Assembly (NCBI GenBank): GCA_937900255.1
Contig: CALCDZ010000003.1
Span: forward strand, 63,149 to 127,148
Source: an uncultured bacterium
GTDB taxonomy: Bacteria > Patescibacteriota > Patescibacteriia > SG8-24 > DYFX01
DNA length: 64,000 nt
Direction of reading: 5' to 3'
Both the position numbers and the translations under genes were made by a program. Shown piece by piece: positions 9,789 through 18,504 of the stretch. Under the pieces are notes generated by a model that did no database searches, was not told the DNA's origin, and worked only from the letters and a program-made list of their open reading frames with translations. Numbering within the stretch: the stretch's first letter is position 1; each line of letters begins with the position of its first letter.

Positions 9789-11441
9789 ATGTCCCTGTCA
9801 AGCATCGTCGCGAATACCATCCTGTTGGCGCCGACGCAGATCACGAACCTCACCTCCGCAGTCGCCGTCTTCACGCTCGGCCTCTTCATCTACCTGCGTG
9901 ATCGCCGCAATCTGGTCCACCGTCTTGCGCTTGCGATGGCCATGTCCCTCGGGTTCTGGGCGATGTCATCGACGCTCTCGGACGTGATGCATGAACCGGC
10001 CCCGGCATTGTTCTGGGCGAGAGCTTCCATCATCGGCCCGTTCTTTTTCCCTGCCGTCTTCCTGATCTTTTCATACTACTTCCCGAAGGCAAACGGCCGC
10101 ATGCGTTGGTGGAAGGCGGCGCTCATCCTGCTCCCGAGCCTTCTCGTCTTGTCCGTGCTCCGCACCGATTTCAATATCGTTTCGGTCACGTTGGCGGATT
10201 GGGGCACTGATTTCACCCCAGGCCTCCTGTACCCGATCGGCATACTCTACCAGGTGCTTTATACGGCGTTATCGGCCGTTCAGCTCGTTCGGGCCAGGCG
10301 GGAGAACCGTGACGGGGTCGTCCGCACGCAGATCTCCCTCGTGCTCTTCATGATCGTCCTCGTGACGTTCTGCCAGTTCTTCATCAATGCGCTTCTGCCG
10401 ACGGTTTTCGGATACACCAAGGCCACGGTCTTCGGCCCGGCGACCTCGTTCTTTTTCGTGCTCGTGCTGAGCTATACGATCTTCAGGCATGGTCTCATGA
10501 ACCTGAAGGTCATCGCGACCGAAACGTTCGCGATGCTGCTCGGCTTCATCGGCTTCGTGCAGATCTTCTGGGCGAGTTCGATCTTCGAATTCGTGTCTAG
10601 GCTCGTCACGTTGGTCGTCACGGTCATCGTCGGCATCCTCCTCATCCGCAGCGTCCGTACCGAAGTCCGTCGCCGCGAGGAAGTCCAGCATCTAGCCTCG
10701 GAACTCGCCGCCGGCAACAAGCGGTTGCGCGCGCTCGACGACCTCAAGACCACGATGGTCTCGATCGCCTCGCACCAGATCCGCGGACCGCTCGGCGGCA
10801 TCCGCGGTTACCTCTCGATGTTCCGCGACGGCGACCTCGGCCCGCTGACGGAGAAGCAGAAGGAGATCGTGACGCTCAACCTGAACGTGACGACGCGGCT
10901 CCTGAACGCCGTCGAGACGTTCCTGGACATCACGAAGCTCGAGTCCGGCAAGATGACGCTCCGCAAGGAAGTCCTGCCGCTGGACGGGGCGGTGGCGGAC
11001 GTCGTCGAGGAGTTCAAGCTGCCTGTCTCGAAGAAGGGATTGGCGCTTGAGCTCAAGTTCGAATGCCCGCGCCCGCTCCTGATCGATTTCGATCCCGAAA
11101 AGATCAAGCACGTGATCTTCAACCTGATCGACAACGCCATGAAATACACGGAGCAGGGGACCATCTCCGTGCGCCTTCGCCGCGACGGCGACGAAGCGGT
11201 CTTCGAGGTCGCCGATACCGGCATGGGCATCGCGCCGGAAGACGCGGCGCGCCTGTTCGGGAAATACGAGCGCGGGGAACTGGTCATCGATCGCGGAGGC
11301 TCCGGCCTCGGCCTGTACGTCGTGAAGATGTTGACCGAAATGCAGGGCGGCCGCGTCTGGGCGGCCTCTTCCGGCATCGGGAAGGGCTCGGTGTTCGGCG
11401 TCGGATTGCCGATCGCCCGGAGTTTTGACCCGCGCGCCTGA
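9789..11441 (+). CDS. sensor histidine kinase with polytopic (about 8 TM) N-terminal sensor domain
   Basis: H-box HQIRGPLGGIRGY, N-box DNAMKYT, G-box GSGLGLYVV; no response regulator adjacent. Confidence 0.8.
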   Translation: MSLSSIVANTILLAPTQITNLTSAVAVFTLGLFIYLRDRRNLVHRLALAMAMSLGFWAMSSTLSDVMHEPAPALFWARASIIGPFFFPAVFLIFSYYFPKANGRMRWWKAALILLPSLLVLSVLRTDFNIVSVTLADWGTDFTPGLLYPIGILYQVLYTALSAVQLVRARRENRDGVVRTQISLVLFMIVLVTFCQFFINALLPTVFGYTKATVFGPATSFFFVLVLSYTIFRHGLMNLKVIATETFAMLLGFIGFVQIFWASSIFEFVSRLVTLVVTVIVGILLIRSVRTEVRRREEVQHLASELAAGNKRLRALDDLKTTMVSIASHQIRGPLGGIRGYLSMFRDGDLGPLTEKQKEIVTLNLNVTTRLLNAVETFLDITKLESGKMTLRKEVLPLDGAVADVVEEFKLPVSKKGLALELKFECPRPLLIDFDPEKIKHVIFNLIDNAMKYTEQGTISVRLRRDGDEAVFEVADTGMGIAPEDAARLFGKYERGELVIDRGGSGLGLYVVKMLTEMQGGRVWAASSGIGKGSVFGVGLPIARSFDPRA

Positions 11442-11507
11442 CGGCTGCTACAATTGCCGAGCAATCCACAGCCTGCCTTTCTTAACGCTCATAAATCCCT
11501 TGGAGGT

Positions 11508-11975
11508 ATGTTCAAGAACGAGAAAGAGATGACGCTCGGACAGGAGACCGAAACCGTGATCGCGCCGTCCGTCCGCGTCGAGGGCGATTTCGTGAGCGAA
11601 GGCAACGTCCGCATCGAAGGCCACGTGACCGGTTCCATCTCCACGGGCAGCGACCTGTCCGTCGGGCAGGCGGCGGTCATCAATGCCAACGTCCAGGCGC
11701 GCAACGCGGTCCTGGCCGGCGAGCTGCACGGCAACGTGCGCGTCTTCGACCGCCTCGAACTGTCCGCGACCGCCCGCATCTACGGCGACATCCAGGCCAA
11801 GGTCCTCTCCGTCGCTCCGGGCGCGATGATGCGCGGCCAGCTCGTAATCGGTCTCGAAGTGCCTCCGGTCGAGAAGGTCGAGGCCGCGGGACATGCCTCC
11901 GAAGAGCGGCCCTCCTCCGGTCTCCGCGCGCGCAGCCTGCGCGAGAAGAAGATCGAGGAGATCCTCCAACAGTAA
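11508..11975 (+). CDS. bactofilin family polymer-forming protein
   Basis: ATG at 11508 preceded by GGAGGT; repetitive beta-helical bactofilin pattern (VRIEGHVTGSISTGSDLSVGQAAVINANV…). Confidence 0.75.
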   Translation: MFKNEKEMTLGQETETVIAPSVRVEGDFVSEGNVRIEGHVTGSISTGSDLSVGQAAVINANVQARNAVLAGELHGNVRVFDRLELSATARIYGDIQAKVLSVAPGAMMRGQLVIGLEVPPVEKVEAAGHASEERPSSGLRARSLREKKIEEILQQ

Positions 11976-12024
11976 GCGGACCGGTTCGACGCATCCTGCA
12001 GCTTACGGTCATAAGCGCCGAACG

Positions 12025-12804
12025 ATGTACACGTACGTCTACGACACCTTCGTCACCGACAAGAAGCACGAGCGGGCCCTTTCGCGCGTCGAGACGCGGC
12101 TGACGGATTTGGGCATCAGCGGACGCATCGAGCGCCTCACGATGTTCAAGAACGTCCGCGAGATCGTGGCGGACGCGGCAGGTCAGGGGTGCGAGACGAT
12201 CGTCGCCGTCGGGAACGACGAGACGGTCGGCCGCCTGATCGATGCGGTCGGCGAGTTCGACATGGCTTTCGGCATCGTGCCGGTGGGGGAAGGCCCGCAC
12301 GGGATCGCCTCCATGCTCGGGATCGACGAGTGTGCCGAAGCCTGCAACATCCTGTCACGGCGGGTGCTCCAGACGATCGACCTCGGGCGGATCAACGACC
12401 ATTACTTCCTCTCGTCCGTCCTGATCCCGCGCACCCGCGCCGCCATTTCCTGCAACGGCCAATACAGCGTGATCCCGACGGAAGACAACGAGATCCAGGT
12501 CTGCAACCTCGCCCCGATGGCTGTCGACGCCGCCGGCGCCACGACTTTCAGCTCCCCGCGCGACGGTTTCCTCGAGACGGTCTTCCAGCCGTCTTCTCCG
12601 CGCGGGATTTTTTCCAGGCTGTTCCGCTCGGCCGAACCACCGCCGCCGGCGACCATCGTTCCGGTCCGTACTCTGCGCCTGAAGCATCATCAGCCCGTCA
12701 CCGTCATCCGCGACGGCCAGCGCCTCTCGTCGACCACCTTGGACATCGAGATCCTGCCGAAGAAGCTGCGCGTCATCACCGGGAAGGATCGGAAATTCGA
12801 ATGA
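12025..12804 (+). CDS. diacylglycerol/lipid kinase catalytic-domain protein (YegS/BmrU-like)
   Basis: DAGK_cat-like region IVAVGNDETVGRLIDAV…GIVPVGEG; start ATG 12025 inside longer ORF track 11893..12804. Confidence 0.6.
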   Translation: MYTYVYDTFVTDKKHERALSRVETRLTDLGISGRIERLTMFKNVREIVADAAGQGCETIVAVGNDETVGRLIDAVGEFDMAFGIVPVGEGPHGIASMLGIDECAEACNILSRRVLQTIDLGRINDHYFLSSVLIPRTRAAISCNGQYSVIPTEDNEIQVCNLAPMAVDAAGATTFSSPRDGFLETVFQPSSPRGIFSRLFRSAEPPPPATIVPVRTLRLKHHQPVTVIRDGQRLSSTTLDIEILPKKLRVITGKDRKFE

Positions 12805-12866
12805 CCGCCACGGACCCTCCGGAATGCCCGGAGGGTTTTGGTATCGGCCGCCTTCCCGGCCGGGGG

Positions 12867-12895
12867 TTGACAAAAGGCCTGAAATATGGTAGGTT
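12867..12895 (+). promoter_or_regulatory. sigma70-like promoter TTGACA-17-TAGGTT
   Basis: Consensus -35, 17-nt spacer, TANNNT -10, upstream of lipoprotein gene. Confidence 0.55.
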
Positions 12896-12956
12896 GATGC
12901 ATCACCAAACTCGTCCGGTACGGCGCATCCCGCGTCGTCCGGAGAAAGGCCTTCCC

Positions 12957-13583
12957 GTGTCCAAGAACGTCCTTTTCGCTCTCATCACCGCCCTCTTCAC
13001 TTCCGCATGCGGCGTCTCGCCCGCCGGTTCGTCCGGCGGCGGTTCCGGCTCAGGGACCGATGGAGGTAGCGGTCAAGGTTCCTCTTGCGTGACGGACGTC
13101 GCCGCCCAGGTCTGGGGCGGCCCCGGTCGCCCCGAGGAATTCGCGAAGATCCACGGCGATGTCGCTTTGGGGAACGATCTCGAGATCAGGGTGGGGGACT
13201 TCGTCCTCCGGCTGTACTCGAAGACGGCGGACTTCCCCACCTCGTTGACGTCGATGCCGGCGAGCGTCGACGTCACGGTCGACTTCTCGAAGCAGAACGA
13301 CACGATGACGTGCGGCGGCTGCCTCGTCATGTACGATGGCGACCCTGCCGATCCCGGAGCCTGGCGGTACTTCGCTCAATCGGGCAAGCTGCACATCACC
13401 AAGCTCGCGAAGGGCCCCAGCGGCTTCAAGGCCGTCATGACCGACGTCCTCCTGAAGCACGTGATGTTCACTTCCGGTGCCATGAGTGCGGCTCCCGACG
13501 GCTGTACGGCACGCATTCCGAGCGTCACGATCGACGCGGTCGTCAACTACCTGACCGACCAGATCACTCCGCGCACCTTCTAG
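12957..13583 (+). CDS. hypothetical lipoprotein (Gly/Ser-rich linker, secreted domain)
   Basis: GTG 12957 with GGAGAAAGG upstream; lipobox LFTSAC; remainder of ORF 12189..13583 upstream is antisense-like and overlaps the kinase gene. Confidence 0.5.
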   Translation: MSKNVLFALITALFTSACGVSPAGSSGGGSGSGTDGGSGQGSSCVTDVAAQVWGGPGRPEEFAKIHGDVALGNDLEIRVGDFVLRLYSKTADFPTSLTSMPASVDVTVDFSKQNDTMTCGGCLVMYDGDPADPGAWRYFAQSGKLHITKLAKGPSGFKAVMTDVLLKHVMFTSGAMSAAPDGCTARIPSVTIDAVVNYLTDQITPRTF

Positions 13584-13610
13584 AGCTTCTCATCCGCCGC
13601 TCCGAGAACC

Positions 13611-13637
13611 GACCGGCTGCATCTCATGCAGCCGGTC
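13611..13637 (+). other. perfect 11-bp hairpin GACCGGCTGCA-tctca-TGCAGCCGGTC
   Basis: Seen directly after stop codon 13583; no strong T-tract. Confidence 0.4.
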
Positions 13638-13664
13638 TTCAAATTCAGGAAGAAAACGGCGCAA

Positions 13665-13694
13665 ACAAAAACCCCTTCGGTTGAAGGGGTTTTT
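13665..13694. terminator. bidirectional intrinsic terminator (A-tract, CCCCTTC-ggtt-GAAGGGG, T-tract)
   Basis: Lies between convergent lipoprotein gene and tRNA-Leu. Confidence 0.65.
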
Positions 13695-13695
13695 G

Positions 13696-13782
13696 TGGTG
13701 CAGTCGGAGAGACTTGAACTCTCAAGCCCTTGCGGGCGCTACCACCTCAAGGTAGTGCGTCTGCCAATTTCGCCACGACTGC
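13696..13782 (-). tRNA. tRNA-Leu (anticodon GAG), long variable arm
   Basis: Manual cloverleaf folding of reverse complement: acceptor GCAGTCG/CGACTGC, anticodon loop TTGAGGT, T-loop TTCAAGT, CCA encoded. Confidence 0.8.
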
Positions 13783-13793
13783 GGAACGGGAGC

Positions 13794-13822
13794 ACTCTAC
13801 CGCAACCGCCGGAGGTTGGCAA
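13794..13822 (-). promoter_or_regulatory. tRNA-Leu promoter TTGCCA-17-TAGAGT (minus strand)
   Basis: -10 ends 11 nt upstream of the mature tRNA 5' end. Confidence 0.5.
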
Positions 13823-13909
13823 GTCCCATCGCGGCGTGGTGGCCGCCCTCTTCCTTCCCTTGCCTGGAACGTATATGCTTTGGGAAGCTTAATGATTGAA
13901 CAGTAGCCT

Positions 13910-14116
13910 ATGAACGAAAGGATGCCGATGAACGAACAGTCGGAGGTCGACCGGTTGTCGGACGAGCTCAGGAGACTGAATCGCGATATCGGAGACGCAT
14001 ACCTGGGCGAGGGTGCCGGAGCGCACTTGAGCGGCGCGGAACTGAAGGAACTTGAAGCGCGGCGCGACGCGTTGGAGGAGCGATTGAGAGAGATGGGCGT
14101 GGAAGTTCCCGAGTGA
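13910..14116 (+). CDS. small hypothetical coiled-coil protein (68 aa), uncertain
   Basis: ORF with GC3-rich codons between tRNA-Leu and a bidirectional terminator; no homology recognised. Confidence 0.3.
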   Translation: MNERMPMNEQSEVDRLSDELRRLNRDIGDAYLGEGAGAHLSGAELKELEARRDALEERLREMGVEVPE

Positions 14117-14136
14117 AAAACTTTTCCAAAAACGAA

Positions 14137-14159
14137 AACAGCCCTTGCGGGCTGTTTTT
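14137..14159. terminator. bidirectional intrinsic terminator (CAGCCC-ttgc-GGGCTG + T5, A-tract upstream)
   Basis: Between convergent genes 13910..14116 and RRM gene. Confidence 0.6.
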
Positions 14160-14171
14160 CGCGGATGCCGA

Positions 14172-14435
14172 TTACTGGCGCTCCGGGCGGGGCTGGGCTT
14201 CGTTCAGGGCGACCGGACGACCGACAATTTCCTTGCCGTTCATGTCCGCGATCGCCGCGGCGGCCTCCTCAGCGGAGGACATCTCGACGAAGCCGAAACC
14301 GCGCTTGCGACCGGTCATACGGTCGACCGGGATGAACACGGAGACGACCGTACCGAACGGGGCGAAGGCGGCTTTGAGGTCGTCCTCGGTGGCCTGGAAA
14401 GACAGGCTACCGACGAAGATCTTGGCGCTGGCCAT
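14172..14435 (-). CDS. RRM-type RNA-binding protein (88 aa)
   Basis: RNP-2 IFVGSL and RNP-1 KGFGFVEM motifs; ATG at 14435 (ORF track extends to alternative GTG at 14492). Confidence 0.75.
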   Translation of the reverse strand: MASAKIFVGSLSFQATEDDLKAAFAPFGTVVSVFIPVDRMTGRKRGFGFVEMSSAEEAAAAIADMNGKEIVGRPVALNEAQPRPERQ

Positions 14436-14597
14436 ACTCGTTGGGCTTAGCGTGTGAATAAAAGGTTCGGACCTTTCACTCGTCTTTCGCACTGTGCCGA
14501 ACGCGGTGTGGGCTCGCGCCTGACCTCGATCTAGCGTGCTACGTACGCGTGTAAGGGTAGACTACACGAACCGACATGATTTGTCAATACGTCGCCC

Positions 14598-14626
14598 TTG
14601 CCTGTCAAGAGGCCGACAGGTAGGCT
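14598..14626 (+). promoter_or_regulatory. tRNA-Val promoter TTGCCT-17-TAGGCT
   Basis: Seen in sequence 20 nt upstream of tRNA 5' end. Confidence 0.5.
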
Positions 14627-14645
14627 GTTCCCGTAGCGCATGCGC

Positions 14646-14720
14646 GGGCGCGTAGCTCAACGGCAGAGCATCTGCTTTACACGCAGAGGGTTCAAGGTTC
14701 GAGTCCTTGCGCGCCCACCA
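14646..14720 (+). tRNA. tRNA-Val (anticodon TAC)
   Basis: Cloverleaf: acceptor GGGCGCG/CGCGCCC, D-arm GCTC…GAGC, anticodon loop TTTACAC, T-loop TTCGAGT, CCA encoded. Confidence 0.8.
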
Positions 14721-14726
14721 AGAGAG

Positions 14727-14748
14727 ACGGCCTTGCGCCGCCTTTTTT
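14727..14748 (+). terminator. possible weak terminator (CGGC-cttgc-GCCG + T6)
   Basis: Short GC stem followed by TTTTTT after tRNA-Val. Confidence 0.3.
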
Positions 14749-14831
14749 GTCGCTTGACCCCGTGACCTGCCGCGTGATACGAAAAAGAGGCACGAGTCCC
14801 TGCCCTCAACCCGTATGAAAGGTCCTTTCAC

Positions 14832-15317
14832 ATGCCCACGCTCACGAAGGCCGTCCTCCCCGCCCAGAGCAATGTCTGGCAACGCAGCGCGGACACGATC
14901 CTGATGGTACTGGCCGCCGTCACCGGGATCTCGCTGTGCTTGAACTACAGCCTCATCAAGGCGCGCCACAGCTGGCAGCGCTCCTTGCCCGTCGTGAACG
15001 GCGGCCGTGCCTTGTCCGGCTGGGAGGTCGACGGGCCGCCGTCGGTCGCGCCCCCGTCCAGCTCCGAGGAGTTCTTCTCGGCCTTCGTCGGCGAGCGGGA
15101 ACCGCTTCCTGCCGACATGCCTGATCTGGATGGTCTTGCGCTCGTCCCGTCGACGTCTGGCGATCTCGGGATCGGACGCTTCGCCCGCCGCTTCGATCTC
15201 GATTTCCGTCCGATCCTGGGACGCAGCTTCTACGTGCGCAACCTCGTTCCTCATGCCTGCCGCATCAGGTCGCTGACCCTTCCGTACGGCAGCAGCCGGC
15301 GCTTCTACAACCGCTGA
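14832..15317 (+). CDS. hypothetical protein (one TM helix)
   Basis: GC3-rich ORF; no recognisable domain. Confidence 0.4.
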   Translation: MPTLTKAVLPAQSNVWQRSADTILMVLAAVTGISLCLNYSLIKARHSWQRSLPVVNGGRALSGWEVDGPPSVAPPSSSEEFFSAFVGEREPLPADMPDLDGLALVPSTSGDLGIGRFARRFDLDFRPILGRSFYVRNLVPHACRIRSLTLPYGSSRRFYNR

Positions 15318-15359
15318 TCATCGCGATCCGCGGTCTTTTTATCCCCGGCTCGCTGGCTG

Positions 15360-15368
15360 TGCTATACT
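15360..15368 (+). promoter_or_regulatory. TG-extended -10 element TGcTATACT, 8 nt upstream of ATG 15377 (leaderless)
   Basis: Same TGcTATACT element recurs at 17136, 57168 and 57863. Confidence 0.45.
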
Positions 15369-15376
15369 GCTTCCAT

Positions 15377-15640
15377 ATGATTGGACGCATCCTCGGAGGA
15401 CTGGTCGCGGCCGCCGTCGGCTTCCTCATGGTCTGGAAGTCCGATTTCTTCGCCGAGACGTTCGGATCGATTTCGACCTGGGCCGACACGCATCTTGGCG
15501 GCATGCGCGTGGTCTATAAGCTCATCGGCTGCCTGGTCATCTTCGTCGCGTTCCTGGTCATCACGGACTTGCATGCCGTCTTTTTCCGCGCAGTCTTCGG
15601 CAGCCTCTTCGGCGTGCCGGCGGACGCGACGGGGAACTGA
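15377..15640 (+). CDS. small hypothetical membrane protein (2 TM)
   Basis: ATG 15377 directly downstream of extended -10; hydrophobic helices. Confidence 0.5.
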   Translation: MIGRILGGLVAAAVGFLMVWKSDFFAETFGSISTWADTHLGGMRVVYKLIGCLVIFVAFLVITDLHAVFFRAVFGSLFGVPADATGN

Positions 15641-15641
15641 T

Positions 15642-16193
15642 ATGGACTATCTTCCGACCGGCCGGGCGCTCATCGATCCCTTCAACGCCTTGGAGAAGGC
15701 CGGCATCCGCGAGGAGATGCGGGTGGCGGATTTCGGCGTCGGGACGGTCGGGCATTTCCTGTTTCCGGCCGCCAAGCTGATCGGGCCGAAAGGCCACGTC
15801 TACGGCGTCGACGTGCTGCAATCGGTCCTGCAGGCCAACCAGAGCCGCATCAAGCTGGCCGGAGCCGGCAACATCGAGCTGGTCTGGGGCGACTTCGAAC
15901 GCGTCGGCGGGTCCCGCCTGCCGGACAACTCGATGGACATGGTCGTGATGGTCAATGTCCTGCATGTCGTGAATCGGGCGACGGCGCTGCAGGAAGCCAA
16001 GCGCGTGCTCGCGACCGGCGGGGCGCTGCTCATCGTCGAATGGAAGGCGGCAGGCACGCTGATCGGACCGTCTCCGGAAAAAAGGATCCCTAAGGAAGAC
16101 GCCTCGGCCGCGGCGGAACGGGAGGGGTTCCTGCCCGTGCAGGCTTTCGAAGCCGGTCCTAGCCATTACGGCCTGGTCCTAAGGAAGCCCTAG
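15642..16193 (+). CDS. class I SAM-dependent methyltransferase
   Basis: Motif I-like VADFGVGTVGHF, post-I VYGVDV, motif ATGGALLIVEW; start overlaps previous stop (TGATATG). Confidence 0.65.
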   Translation: MDYLPTGRALIDPFNALEKAGIREEMRVADFGVGTVGHFLFPAAKLIGPKGHVYGVDVLQSVLQANQSRIKLAGAGNIELVWGDFERVGGSRLPDNSMDMVVMVNVLHVVNRATALQEAKRVLATGGALLIVEWKAAGTLIGPSPEKRIPKEDASAAAEREGFLPVQAFEAGPSHYGLVLRKP

Positions 16194-16263
16194 CCGCCCG
16201 GACCGGGGCTTGCGTGACGGCGGCGCATCGTCTACCCTTTCAGCGTTATCGTCACTTCTGACT

Positions 16264-16668
16264 ATGCCTATCCTCACTTGGTCGTACTGGTTCGATCTGC
16301 AGGCACGGGAACTCATGCCTTCCGTCAAGCTCGCGCTGCTCGTCCTCTTCGCCCTCCTGTTCGCGTCCGGAATCTTCGCCGCCGTGATGGCCGGACGGAA
16401 ATCCGCGCGCATGTCCTGGGCCGAAGGCGGCAAGCGCTTCTCCTCGATGGCGCTCTGGCTCGGCGCGTTCGGCCTGCTGCTCGTGTTCTTCACGCACGAG
16501 CTGGCGTATTTCTTCGGCGCGCGCTTCTGGTACCTGGTCTGGCTCCTCCTGTTCCTCATCCAGTCCATCCGTCTCGCCAAGTTCCTGTTGGTCGACCTGC
16601 AGGAGAAGAAAGCGAGTCACGACGCCAAGGCCCGCATCGACAAGTGGCTGCCGCAGCCCAAGAAATAG
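16264..16668 (+). CDS. hypothetical membrane protein (4 TM)
   Basis: Hydrophobic segments; ATG 16264 within ORF track 16210..16668. Confidence 0.45.
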   Translation: MPILTWSYWFDLQARELMPSVKLALLVLFALLFASGIFAAVMAGRKSARMSWAEGGKRFSSMALWLGAFGLLLVFFTHELAYFFGARFWYLVWLLLFLIQSIRLAKFLLVDLQEKKASHDAKARIDKWLPQPKK

Positions 16669-16676
16669 CGGACGAA

Positions 16677-16696
16677 ACCGGGGCGACCCGGTTTTT
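16677..16696 (+). terminator. intrinsic terminator (ACCGGG-gcga-CCCGGT + T5)
   Basis: Hairpin plus T-tract after stop 16668. Confidence 0.65.
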
Positions 16697-16736
16697 CGTT
16701 TGACAACGAGCGGCCGTTCCTGGCAGGAGGGGGGAT

Positions 16737-17108
16737 ATGCAGACCGAACGCCGACGGCTGGGCAACGAAGGGGAGGATCTCGCGGCCGCGTATCTGGAGT
16801 CCAAGAAGTATCGCATCCTGGCGCGGCAGGCGGGCATTCCGAGAGTGGGGGAGATCGACCTCATCGCCTACGACCCGCGCGGCGGCGAGATCGTCTTCGT
16901 GGAGGTGAAGACGCGGCGCGATTTGCGGTATGGGCCTCCGGAGGAGGCTGTGCATCCCCGCAAGCTGCTTCGGCTGATGCGCGTGGCTGAGCTGTGGCGC
17001 ATGCGCATGAAGCTGTATGATCGGCCATGGCGGCTCGACGTGGTGGCGATCGAGCTGGTTTCGGAGCGGCCGGTCATCCGGCATTTGGAAGCGGTGCCGC
17101 TCGCTTGA
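16737..17108 (+). CDS. yraN: YraN-family (UPF0102) endonuclease
   Basis: GEIDLIA…EVKTRR catalytic core; GGAGGGGGG RBS. Confidence 0.75.
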   Translation: MQTERRRLGNEGEDLAAAYLESKKYRILARQAGIPRVGEIDLIAYDPRGGEIVFVEVKTRRDLRYGPPEEAVHPRKLLRLMRVAELWRMRMKLYDRPWRLDVVAIELVSERPVIRHLEAVPLA

Positions 17109-17115
17109 GCCGTTG

Positions 17116-17144
17116 TTGACGCCTGCCGTTGCTGATGCTATACT
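17116..17144 (+). promoter_or_regulatory. promoter TTGACG-17-TGcTATACT upstream of nusA
   Basis: Consensus-like -35, 17-nt spacer, TG-extended -10. Confidence 0.6.
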
Positions 17145-17156
17145 GCGTATGTTAGA

Positions 17157-17183
17157 CCAGCCTCATGACAGGCTGGCCTTTTT
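17157..17183 (+). promoter_or_regulatory. leader hairpin CCAGCC-tcatgaca-GGCTGG followed by CCTTTTT (putative attenuator in nusA 5' leader)
   Basis: Terminator-like structure located between promoter -10 (17139-44) and nusA ATG (17197). Confidence 0.45.
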
Positions 17184-17196
17184 ACTACCAAAAAGT

Positions 17197-18471
17197 ATGT
17201 CCAGCCCCATCGTCCAGGCCATCCAGCAGATCAGCGAGGAAAAGAACATCTCGTACGAGGTCGTCGTCGAGACCATCGAGGCCGCGCTCGCCGCCGCCTT
17301 CCGCAAGGATTTCGGCAACAAGAACCAGAACCTCAAGGTGGAGTTCGACCCGGAGACCATGAAGATCCGCGTCTTCGACGAGAAGCTCGTGGTCGAGGAC
17401 CAGGAGCTCCCGACGGAAGAGGAGCTCGCCGCCCTCGAGGCCGCCCAGGCCGCCGGCGCCGCCGAGCCCGAACCGGAGCTCGACGCCGACGGCAATCCGA
17501 TCAAGCGCTTCAACCCCAAGCTCGAGATCATGCTGACGCCGGCCAAGGCCGTGAAGCCGGACGCCGAGCTCGGCGAGACGCTCCGGATGGAGCTCGAAGT
17601 CCCGGGCGAGTTCGGCCGCATGGCCGCCCAGACCGCCAAGCAGGTCATCATCCAGAAGATCCGCGAGGCCGAGCGCGAGAACGTCTTCGGCGAGTTCAAG
17701 GGCCGCGAAGGCGAGATCGTCGCCGCCACCGTCTCCCGCAAGGAAGGCCGCATGGTGCTGGTCGACCTCGGCCGCGTCATGGCCACCATGCCGCCGGAAG
17801 AGCAGATCCCCGGCGAGAACTACGCCACCGGCGTCCGCGTGAAGGTCTACCTCAGCTCGGTCACCATGACGACCCGCGGTCCGCTCATCGTCGTGAGCCG
17901 CGCCCACCCCGACATCGTCCGCAAGCTCTTCTCGACCGAGATCCCCGAGGTCGCGAGCGGCGCCGTCACGATCCATTCCGTCGCGCGCGAAGCCGGTTCC
18001 CGCTCGAAGGTGGCGGTCTCTTCGGCCGACGCCAACATCGACCCGATCGGTTCGTGCATCGGCCAGCGCGGCACGCGCATCCAGACGATCATCAGCGAGC
18101 TCGGCGGCGAGAAGGTCGACGTCATCCTCCACGACGAGGATGCGGCGGTCTTCATCGGCAAGGCGCTCGCGCCCGCCAAGGTGAAGTCCGTCATGCTCGA
18201 CGAAGCCAACCGCGTGGCCACGGTCCGCGCCGACGCCGACCAGCTTTCGCTCGCGATCGGCAAGGGCGGACAGAACGTCCGTCTCGCCTCGCGCCTGACG
18301 GGCTGGAAGATCAACGTCATGGACGTGAACGAGGGCGTCGTGAAGGAAGCGGCCGAACCGTCCGACGTCGCCGGCACGGACGCGCCGGACGCCATCGCCT
18401 CCGAAGTCGAAGAGGAGATGGAATCGCTCTCAAGGGGTACCGAGGTTCCGTCCGCCGAAAAAGGCGAGTAG
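17197..18471 (+). CDS. nusA: transcription termination/antitermination factor NusA
   Basis: N-terminal domain with acidic insertion, S1 domain (GEIVAATVSRKEGRMVLVDLG), two KH domains (GSCIGQRGTRIQ; LAIGKGGQNVRLASRLTGWKI). Confidence 0.9.
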   Translation: MSSPIVQAIQQISEEKNISYEVVVETIEAALAAAFRKDFGNKNQNLKVEFDPETMKIRVFDEKLVVEDQELPTEEELAALEAAQAAGAAEPEPELDADGNPIKRFNPKLEIMLTPAKAVKPDAELGETLRMELEVPGEFGRMAAQTAKQVIIQKIREAERENVFGEFKGREGEIVAATVSRKEGRMVLVDLGRVMATMPPEEQIPGENYATGVRVKVYLSSVTMTTRGPLIVVSRAHPDIVRKLFSTEIPEVASGAVTIHSVAREAGSRSKVAVSSADANIDPIGSCIGQRGTRIQTIISELGGEKVDVILHDEDAAVFIGKALAPAKVKSVMLDEANRVATVRADADQLSLAIGKGGQNVRLASRLTGWKINVMDVNEGVVKEAAEPSDVAGTDAPDAIASEVEEEMESLSRGTEVPSAEKGE

Positions 18472-18504
18472 ACTGAAGGAATCACCTAACCGCAAACGCC
18501 CCCC

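Noticed and set aside
12189-12956. N-terminal 256 codons of ORF 12189..13583
   Set aside because: Overlaps the kinase gene in another frame and precedes the promoter at 12867. Only the lipoprotein part from 12957 is credible.
13626-13892. 88-aa ORF overlapping the tRNA-Leu gene and terminators
   Set aside because: Runs antisense through a tRNA and two terminator hairpins; no coding signal.
14562-15254. 230-aa minus-strand ORF spanning the tRNA-Val gene
   Set aside because: Overlaps a tRNA and its promoter; antisense-type amino-acid composition.
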